Source: Escherichia coli
Lineage (GTDB): Bacteria; Pseudomonadota; Gammaproteobacteria; Enterobacterales; Enterobacteriaceae
Reading direction: 5' to 3' (one strand)
Length of the DNA stretch: 64,000 nt
Assembly: GCF_044324785.1 (NCBI RefSeq)
Contig: NZ_CP172127.1
The notes under the pieces were generated by a model that saw nothing but the letters and a program-made list of their open reading frames with translations, was not told where the DNA came from and ran no database searches. Shown in pieces: positions 57,065-64,000 of the stretch; the stretch's first letter is position 1, and every line of letters starts with the position of its first letter. A program made the translations under genes and the position numbers.

Positions 57065-57778
57065 ATGGGCGCTTTTACCGGTAAGACAGTTCTCATCCTC
57101 GGTGGCAGCCGTGGAATCGGTGCCGCTATCGTACGTCGTTTCGTCACCGATGGGGCCAATGTACGATTCACCTATGCGGGGTCGAAAGATGCCGCTGAAC
57201 GCCTGGCACAAGTGACTGGAGCGACAGCAGTATTCACAGATAGTGCTGACAGAGACGCTGTCATTGATGTCGTTCGTAAGAGCGGCGCATTGGATATCCT
57301 GGTGGTAAATGCAGGTATTGGCGTCTTTGGCGATGCCCTGGAATTAAATGCCGACGATATTGATCGCCTTTTCAAAATCAATATTCATGCCCCTTACCAT
57401 GCCTCTGTTGAAGCCGCCCGGCAGATGCCCGAAGGCGGGCGCATCTTAATCATCGGCTCCGTGAATGGCGATCGTATGCCTGTTGCAGGCATGGCTGCTT
57501 ATGCCGCCAGTAAATCTGCCCTGCAAGGCATGGCGCGCGGGCTGGCCCGTGATTTTGGACCGCGTGGGATCACCATCAACGTCGTCCAGCCAGGGCCAAT
57601 AGATACCGACGCTAATCCCGCCAACGGGCCAATGCGCGATATGTTGCATGGTTTTATGGCTATTAAAAGACATGGGCAACCGGAAGAGGTCGCTGGTATG
57701 GTCGCATGGTTAGCAGGGCCAGAAGCCAGTTTTGTTACCGGCGCGATGCATACCATTGATGGCGCGTTTGGCGCATAA
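57065..57778 (+). CDS. bdcA: Short-chain dehydrogenase/reductase BdcA (YjgI), c-di-GMP-binding biofilm dispersal protein
   Basis: 237 aa from MGAFTGKTVLILGGSRGIG (cofactor motif); catalytic YAASK. Confidence 0.88.
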   Translation: MGAFTGKTVLILGGSRGIGAAIVRRFVTDGANVRFTYAGSKDAAERLAQVTGATAVFTDSADRDAVIDVVRKSGALDILVVNAGIGVFGDALELNADDIDRLFKINIHAPYHASVEAARQMPEGGRILIIGSVNGDRMPVAGMAAYAASKSALQGMARGLARDFGPRGITINVVQPGPIDTDANPANGPMRDMLHGFMAIKRHGQPEEVAGMVAWLAGPEASFVTGAMHTIDGAFGA

Positions 57779-57910
57779 CCGACTACGCTCAATTAAGCCC
57801 AGCCATTATCCATGATGTCTGGGTTTTGTTTACTAACGTCGTCCCCCCTAAAAGCGGCTCCCGGTAAATATAAATCTTCTGTTCATGTCGTAAATCTTGA
57901 GGATAACCAA

Positions 57911-58306
57911 ATGGTAGAAAGAACCGCTGTTTTCCCTGCTGGCCGACATTCACTGTATGCTGAGCATCGTTATTCTGCGGCTATTCGTTCCGGCGATTTG
58001 CTGTTTGTTTCCGGGCAAGTAGGAAGTCGAGAGGACGGAACACCAGAACCCGATTTTCAGCAGCAAGTCAGACTGGCATTTGATAATTTGCATGCGACCC
58101 TGGCAGCTGCGGGATGCACTTTTGACGATATCATTGATGTTACGAGCTTTCATACCGATCCGGAAAAACAATTTGAAGACATCATGACGGTCAAAAATGA
58201 AATATTTAGCGCCCCACCTTATCCAAACTGGACGGCGGTGGGTGTTACCTGGCTGGCAGGCTTTGATTTTGAAATTAAAGTGATAGCGCGCATCCCTGAG
58301 CTATAA
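57911..58306 (+). CDS. yjgH: RidA/YjgF-family protein YjgH
   Basis: 131 aa from MVERTAVFPAG... Confidence 0.85.
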   Translation: MVERTAVFPAGRHSLYAEHRYSAAIRSGDLLFVSGQVGSREDGTPEPDFQQQVRLAFDNLHATLAAAGCTFDDIIDVTSFHTDPEKQFEDIMTVKNEIFSAPPYPNWTAVGVTWLAGFDFEIKVIARIPEL

Positions 58307-58586
58307 GCAATAGTGTTAGCCGTTCGTTTTCACCCTCCGCCCTATAAGTCGGATGAATGGAATAAAATGCATATCTGATTGCGTGAAAATGAAAAAGAAA
58401 AAAGCAGGAAATGTCTGCAATTATTGATACCGAACGACACTTCCCCCCCAGAATCATAGAAAATAAAAATGCATATAGTTTGACTTTTAATTCAAATAAA
58501 CCGTTTGCGCCGACAAAATATTGCATCAAATGCTTGCGCCGCTTCTGACGATGAGTATAATGCCGGACAATTTGCCGGGAGGATGT

Positions 58587-58721
58587 ATGGTTCAGTGTGT
58601 TCGACATTTTGTCTTACCGCGTCTGAAAAAAGACGCTGGCCTGCCGTTTTTCTTCCCGTTGATCACCCATTCCCAGCCCCTCAATCGAGGGGCTTTTTTT
58701 TGCCCAGGCGTCAGGAGATAA
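58587..58721 (+). CDS. pyrL: pyrBI operon leader peptide PyrL
   Basis: 44 aa MVQCVRHFVLPRLKKDAGLPFFFPLITHSQPLNRGAFFCPGVRR, ending just before pyrB. Confidence 0.9.
   Translation: MVQCVRHFVLPRLKKDAGLPFFFPLITHSQPLNRGAFFCPGVRR
58676..58701 (+). terminator. pyrBI attenuator (rho-independent terminator within the leader)
   Basis: GCCCCTCAATCGAGGGGC hairpin followed by T8. Confidence 0.85.
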
Positions 58722-58724
58722 AAA

Positions 58725-59660
58725 ATGGCTAATCCGCTATATCAAAAACATATCATTTCCATAAACGACCTTAGTCGAGATGAACTTAATCTGGTACTGG
58801 CGACAGCGGCGAAACTGAAAGCAAACCCGCAACCAGAGTTGTTGAAGCATAAAGTGATTGCCAGCTGCTTCTTCGAAGCCTCAACCCGTACCCGTCTCTC
58901 TTTTGAAACCTCAATGCACCGCCTGGGCGCCAGCGTGGTGGGCTTCTCTGACAGCGCGAATACCTCGCTTGGCAAAAAGGGCGAAACGCTGGCAGATACC
59001 ATTTCGGTAATTAGTACCTACGTTGATGCGATTGTTATGCGCCATCCGCAGGAAGGGGCGGCACGCCTTGCGACCGAGTTCTCCGGTAATGTACCCGTAC
59101 TGAATGCTGGCGATGGTTCCAACCAACATCCGACACAAACCTTGCTGGACTTATTCACCATTCAGGAAACCCAGGGGCGTCTGGACAATCTCCACGTCGC
59201 AATGGTTGGTGACCTGAAATATGGCCGCACCGTTCACTCCCTGACTCAGGCGTTAGCGAAGTTCGACGGCAACCGTTTTTACTTCATCGCGCCGGACGCG
59301 CTGGCAATGCCGCAATACATCCTTGATATGCTCGATGAAAAAGGGATCGCCTGGAGTCTGCACAGCTCTATTGAAGAAGTGATGGCGGAAGTAGACATCC
59401 TGTACATGACTCGCGTGCAAAAAGAGCGTCTGGACCCGTCCGAGTACGCCAACGTGAAAGCGCAGTTTGTTCTTCGCGCCAGCGATCTCCACAACGCCAA
59501 AGCCAATATGAAAGTGCTGCATCCGCTGCCTCGCGTTGATGAGATTGCGACGGATGTTGATAAAACGCCACACGCCTGGTACTTCCAGCAGGCAGGCAAC
59601 GGGATTTTCGCTCGCCAGGCGTTACTGGCACTGGTTCTGAATCGCGATCTGGTACTGTAA
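58725..59660 (+). CDS. pyrB: Aspartate carbamoyltransferase catalytic subunit PyrB
   Basis: 311 aa; STRTR and HPLP motifs. Confidence 0.96.
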   Translation: MANPLYQKHIISINDLSRDELNLVLATAAKLKANPQPELLKHKVIASCFFEASTRTRLSFETSMHRLGASVVGFSDSANTSLGKKGETLADTISVISTYVDAIVMRHPQEGAARLATEFSGNVPVLNAGDGSNQHPTQTLLDLFTIQETQGRLDNLHVAMVGDLKYGRTVHSLTQALAKFDGNRFYFIAPDALAMPQYILDMLDEKGIAWSLHSSIEEVMAEVDILYMTRVQKERLDPSEYANVKAQFVLRASDLHNAKANMKVLHPLPRVDEIATDVDKTPHAWYFQQAGNGIFARQALLALVLNRDLVL

Positions 59661-59672
59661 GGGGAAATAGAG

Positions 59673-60134
59673 ATGACACACGATAATAAATTGCAGGTTG
59701 AAGCTATTAAACGCGGCACGGTAATTGACCATATCCCCGCCCAGATCGGTTTTAAGCTGTTGAGTTTGTTCAAGCTGACCGAAACGGATCAGCGCATCAC
59801 CATTGGTCTGAACCTGCCTTCTGGCGAGATGGGCCGCAAAGATCTGATCAAAATCGAAAATACCTTTTTGAGTGAAGATCAAGTAGACCAACTGGCATTG
59901 TATGCACCGCAAGCCACGGTTAACCGTATCGACAACTATGAAGTGGTTGGCAAATCGCGCCCCAGTCTGCCGGAGCGCATCGACAATGTGCTGGTCTGCC
60001 CGAACAGCAACTGTATCAGCCATGCCGAACCGGTTTCTTCCAGCTTTGCCGTGCGAAAACGCGCCAATGACATCGCGCTCAAATGCAAATACTGTGAAAA
60101 AGAGTTTTCCCATAATGTGGTGCTGGCCAATTAA
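59673..60134 (+). CDS. pyrI: Aspartate carbamoyltransferase regulatory subunit PyrI
   Basis: 153 aa; C-terminal zinc cysteines (CPNSNC...CKYC). Confidence 0.96.
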
Positions 60135-60206
60135 TTGCGGTTGGTAATAAAAGTCTGGCTCCCTATAATGAGCCAGACTTTTTACCGCTGTAATAAAGGA
60201 GAAATC

Positions 60207-60593
60207 ATGAGCAAAACTATCGCGACGGAAAATGCACCGGCAGCTATCGGTCCTTACGTACAGGGCGTTGATCTGGGCAATATGATCATCACCTCCGGTC
60301 AGATCCCGGTAAATCCGAAAACGGGCGAAGTACCGGCAGACGTCGCTGCACAGGCTCGTCAGTCGCTGGATAACGTAAAAGCGATCGTCGAAGCCGCAGG
60401 CCTGAAAGTGGGCGACATCGTTAAAACCACCGTGTTTGTGAAAGATCTGAACGACTTCGCAACCGTAAACGCCACTTACGAAGCGTTCTTCACCGAGCAC
60501 AATGCCACCTTCCCGGCACGTTCTTGCGTTGAAGTTGCCCGTCTGCCGAAAGACGTGAAGATTGAGATCGAAGCGATCGCTGTTCGTCGCTAA
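60207..60593 (+). CDS. ridA: Enamine/imine deaminase RidA (YjgF)
   Basis: 128 aa from MSKTIATENAPAAIGPYVQG. Confidence 0.93.
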   Translation: MSKTIATENAPAAIGPYVQGVDLGNMIITSGQIPVNPKTGEVPADVAAQARQSLDNVKAIVEAAGLKVGDIVKTTVFVKDLNDFATVNATYEAFFTEHNATFPARSCVEVARLPKDVKIEIEAIAVRR

Positions 60594-60599
60594 TCTTGA

Positions 60600-60760
60600 T
60601 GGAAATCCGGGCTATCATGCCCGGATTAAGTCTGATGACAAACGCAAAATCGCCTGATGCGCTACGCTTATCAGGCCTACGTGATTCCTGCAATTTATTG
60701 AATTTGTAGGCCGGATAAGGCATTTACGCCGCATCCGGCATGAACAAAGCTTACTTTGTC
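60600..60760. repeat. REP/BIME palindromic elements between ridA and mgtA
   Basis: GCCTGATGCGCTACGCTTATCAGGCCTAC and GTAGGCCGGATAAGGCATTTACGCCGCATCCGGC units; approximate bounds. Confidence 0.7.
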
Positions 60761-60798
60761 TGCAATCTGAATCCGGGCCACCATGCCCAGTTTATTCT

Positions 60799-63495
60799 TT
60801 ATTGCCAGCCGTAACGACGGCTATAGAACCCTTTCACCAACTGGGTTAATGTCATATACCCTGCCAGAATCGCAACCAGCCACGGGAAATAGCTTAACGG
60901 CAGCGCCTGCAGCTGCAGATAACTGGCCAGCGGTGAAAACGGCAATGCGATCCCGACAATCATCACGATCACGGTCATGATCATTAACGGCCACGATGCA
61001 CAGCTCTGAATAAACGGTACACGACGGGTGCGGATCATATGCACAATCAGCGTTTGCGACAATAAGCCCACCACAAACCAGCCCGACTGGAACAGCGTTT
61101 GCGTTTCCGGCGTGTTGGCATGGAATACCCACCACATCAGGCAAAACGTCAGAATATCGAAGATCGAGCTGATCGGTCCGAAGAAGATCATAAAGCGCCC
61201 CAGATCCGCCGGATTCCAACGCTGCGGCTTTTGAATTTGCTCGTCGTCGACGTTATCAAACGGGATCGCCACCTGTGACACATCGTACAGCAGGTTCTGA
61301 ATAAGCAAGTGTAACGGCAACATCGGCAGGAAGGGCAAGAAAGCACTCGCCACCAGCACGCTGAACACATTACCGAAGTTAGAACTCGCCGTCATTTTGA
61401 TGTATTTCAGCATGTTGGCGAAAGTGCGACGTCCCTCAATAACCCCCTCTTCCAGCACCATCAGGCTTTTTTCCAGCAGGATGATATCAGCCGCTTCACG
61501 GGCAATATCTACCGCGCCGTCCACAGAAATGCCGATATCCGCAGCACGTAAGGCGGGCGCATCATTAATACCATCGCCCATAAAGCCAACCACATGCCCT
61601 TCGCGCTTCAGTAAGGTCACAATGCGTTCTTTATGCATCGGCGTCAGGCGAGCAAACAGCGTGGTGCGCTGTGCGAGATTTGCCAGTTCGTCGTCAGATA
61701 GCGTTTCAATATCACTACCAATGACCACCTCTCCCGCGTCCAGCCCCACTTCATGGCACACTTTTGCTGCAACTAACTCACTGTCGCCAGTAAGGATTTT
61801 TACGGTAATTCCACTCGCTTTTAATGCCTTCAGTGCCGGAGCGGTTGTCTCTTTTGGCGGATCAAGGAAAGCAATATATCCTTCGAGGATCAGGTCGGAT
61901 TCATCCGCCCGCTGGTAATCTCCTTCACGCGCTGGCAGGTATTTTGTCGCCACCGCAACCACGCGCAGCCCCTGACGATTCAGCGTATCAGTAACCCGCT
62001 TAATCTTACGCAGCATGGTGTCATCGAGCGGTACAATCTCGCCATTGTGACGCACCTGCGAACACACATTGAGGATTTCCTGCAATGCACCTTTGCAAAC
62101 CAGCTGATGGTGCTCGGTATTTTCTGCCACTACCACCGACATCCGGCGACGCTCGAAATCAAACGGAATCTCATCGATTTTTTGCCAACGGCTGGCCAGC
62201 GAGCGCGCTGACTCTTCATCCGTACCTTCGAGCACCGCTGTATCGAGCAGGTTTTTAAGTCCGGTCTGATAATGACTGTTCAACCACGCGCTATGCAGCA
62301 CGCGTTCGCTGGTTTTACCGGAGATATCGGTATGATTCTCCAGCACAATTTTATCCTGCGTCAGGGTGCCGGTTTTATCAGTGCACAGAATATCCATTGC
62401 GCCAAAGTTCTGAATGGCATCCAGATGCTTGACGATCACTTTCTGTTTCGACAGCTTTACTGCGCCGCGCGCCAGCGTCGAGGTAACAATCATCGGCAAC
62501 ATTTCTGGCGTTAAGCCTACCGCGACCGAAAGCGCAAACAGTGCCGCTTCCCACCAGTCGCCTTTGGTGTAACCGTTGATAAGCAACACCACCGGAGCCA
62601 TCACCAGCATAAAGCGAATCAGCAGCATACTGACGCGGCTGATCCCTTGCTGAAAGGCATTCGGCTCGCTTTCCTGCTCACTAACACGCCCCGCCAGTTG
62701 ACCAAACCAGGTGTTGGCTCCTGTAGCAATCACCATTGCTTGTGCCGTGCCGCTCACCACGGTGGTGCCCATAAAACACAGGGTGTCGCACTCCAGCGGA
62801 TTGCTGTGCTCCGGCTGGCGAGTGGTAGCGGCTTTTTCCACGGGCAGAGACTCACCGGTTAACGACGCCTGAGCGACGAACAGATCCCGCGCCTGCAAGA
62901 TACGTAAATCTGCCGGGATCATATCCCCCGCCGCCAGTTTTATAATATCGCCGGGCACCAGCTGGTCGATCGGGATCTCCAGCCAGCCATTTTCGCCTTT
63001 GTCGTTAATTACGCGCAGCACCGTCGCGGTATTGCTGACCATCGCTTTCAGGGCATCTGCCGCTTTAGTGGAACGTGCTTCCTGAATAAAGTTCAGCAAC
63101 GTAGAAATAGCGACCATTAGCGCGATAACACCCGCGGCAAATAAATCTTCCGTGGCGTAAGAAATAGCGCCGAGAATGGTGAGTAAAATATTAAAGGGGT
63201 TGCGATAGCAGACCCATAAATGTACCCACCACGGCGACGGTTGTTGTGCGGGTAATTTATTATCACCATGTTGTTCGCGGGCAGATTCCACTTCCGCCTG
63301 ATTTAATCCTTCCGGATGGGTGTCGAACGTTTTCCATAATTCTTCTTCGGGCATCACCGCCATTTTCAGGCAATGCGCACTTAAGGACGGCGGGACCGCC
63401 GTATTCACTGTCTGCTGCGCGCCAGGTAATGGATCGCGATGAACCAGACGGGAAGGTAAATGGCGAATGAACCGAGTAAAAATTTCTTTAAACAT
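60799..63495 (-). CDS. mgtA: Mg2+-importing P-type ATPase MgtA
   Basis: 898 aa; P-type ATPase phosphorylation motif DKTGTLT and hinge motif GDGINDAPAL. Confidence 0.96.
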   Translation of the reverse strand: MFKEIFTRFIRHLPSRLVHRDPLPGAQQTVNTAVPPSLSAHCLKMAVMPEEELWKTFDTHPEGLNQAEVESAREQHGDNKLPAQQPSPWWVHLWVCYRNPFNILLTILGAISYATEDLFAAGVIALMVAISTLLNFIQEARSTKAADALKAMVSNTATVLRVINDKGENGWLEIPIDQLVPGDIIKLAAGDMIPADLRILQARDLFVAQASLTGESLPVEKAATTRQPEHSNPLECDTLCFMGTTVVSGTAQAMVIATGANTWFGQLAGRVSEQESEPNAFQQGISRVSMLLIRFMLVMAPVVLLINGYTKGDWWEAALFALSVAVGLTPEMLPMIVTSTLARGAVKLSKQKVIVKHLDAIQNFGAMDILCTDKTGTLTQDKIVLENHTDISGKTSERVLHSAWLNSHYQTGLKNLLDTAVLEGTDEESARSLASRWQKIDEIPFDFERRRMSVVVAENTEHHQLVCKGALQEILNVCSQVRHNGEIVPLDDTMLRKIKRVTDTLNRQGLRVVAVATKYLPAREGDYQRADESDLILEGYIAFLDPPKETTAPALKALKASGITVKILTGDSELVAAKVCHEVGLDAGEVVIGSDIETLSDDELANLAQRTTLFARLTPMHKERIVTLLKREGHVVGFMGDGINDAPALRAADIGISVDGAVDIAREAADIILLEKSLMVLEEGVIEGRRTFANMLKYIKMTASSNFGNVFSVLVASAFLPFLPMLPLHLLIQNLLYDVSQVAIPFDNVDDEQIQKPQRWNPADLGRFMIFFGPISSIFDILTFCLMWWVFHANTPETQTLFQSGWFVVGLLSQTLIVHMIRTRRVPFIQSCASWPLMIMTVIVMIVGIALPFSPLASYLQLQALPLSYFPWLVAILAGYMTLTQLVKGFYSRRYGWQ

Positions 63496-63759
63496 AAGGA
63501 GTCCCTCCGCACTGTCTGAAACAGTACAGAAATGTCTTCAGGCGTGGCGAAGCCTTACCTGAAGGTAATAAAGCTGAGCAGGGACGTTAAAACGTCACGG
63601 CCTTACGCATCCGGTAACGCCGTGAAAAGACGGGCTTACCGGAAAAGTTTTAATCTCCGTCGAGGGAGAGGCGTGGGATCAGGTTCCATATAACCTCCGG
63701 TAAGTGAAAAAAGCGCCGCAAATAATAAGGAGAATCCAATAATATTCGTAGCATCTATG
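63496..63759 (-). promoter_or_regulatory. mgtA 5' leader (Mg2+- and proline-responsive regulatory leader containing mgtL)
   Basis: Leader ORF mgtL present; extent approximated from the recalled ~264-nt K-12 leader. Confidence 0.6.
63636..63689 (-). CDS. mgtL: mgtA leader peptide MgtL
   Basis: 17 codons [17 protein letters not shown], proline-rich. Confidence 0.85.
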
Positions 63760-63873
63760 GCGATATAATACCTGCTGGCAACTAAACCAACGATAAACCA
63801 GACTTTACCCATTGCTGAATGCACGGGTAAAGTTAGGCTCAAATAATTAAACAACACGTTACGGGACAACAGG

Positions 63874-64000
63874 ATGCAAAATCGGCTGACCATCAAAGAC
63901 ATCGCGCGCTTAAGCGGCGTGGGGAAATCTACGGTTTCCCGGGTGCTGAATAACGAAAGCGGCGTGAGCCAGCGCACGCGCGAGCGTGTTGAAGCAGTGA
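63874..64000 (+). CDS. treR: Trehalose operon repressor TreR (N-terminal fragment; continues beyond the window)
   Basis: MQNRLTIKDIARLSGVGKSTVSRVLNNESGVSQRTRERVEAV, a LacI-family HTH. Confidence 0.88.
   Translation, partial: MQNRLTIKDIARLSGVGKSTVSRVLNNESGVSQRTRERVEAV

Noticed and set aside
59279-60500. Minus-strand ORFs of 164-292 aa
   Set aside because: Antisense to pyrB/pyrI/ridA, which are conserved core genes with clear motifs.
61397-61918. 173-aa plus-strand ORF
   Set aside because: Antisense to mgtA (clear P-type ATPase motifs on the minus strand).

Overview
This window is an Escherichia coli-type chromosomal segment, reverse-oriented relative to the K-12 map. The right ~29 kb is conserved core: ahr, idnK-idnDOTR, yjgR, lptGF, pepA-holC-valS, yjgN, yjgM, rraB, argI, yjgL, tabA, bdcR/bdcA, yjgH, pyrL-pyrBI, ridA, mgtL-mgtA and the start of treR, with recognisable attenuators, terminators and REP elements. 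The left ~34.6 kb is a low-GC, mosaic genomic island integrated at tRNA-Leu (leuX, 34641..34725) with a P4-family integrase beside the tRNA 3' end; its far boundary lies outside the window. The island stacks defence modules: a 3'-truncated McrB-family GTPase, a complete type IC restriction-modification operon (hsdM-hsdS-hsdR, hsdS carrying three TAEL repeats), an AbiE-like toxin-antitoxin pair, a CP4-like block (CbtA/CbeA, RadC-like, YagK-like, AlpA, GTPase, WYL regulator), and a second type I operon (hsdR-hsdM-hsdS). The most interesting part is the integrase-proximal cargo: a 2-TM membrane protein just downstream of hsdS, a 1263-aa protein with an N-terminal SIR2 (sirtuin-like) domain, a HAD-type 5'-nucleotidase-like protein and an HNH-motif nuclease. 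An ~865-bp direct repeat (~95% identical) brackets the type IC/AbiE cassette. All calls rest on reading the sequence and recalled family motifs; no database search was run.
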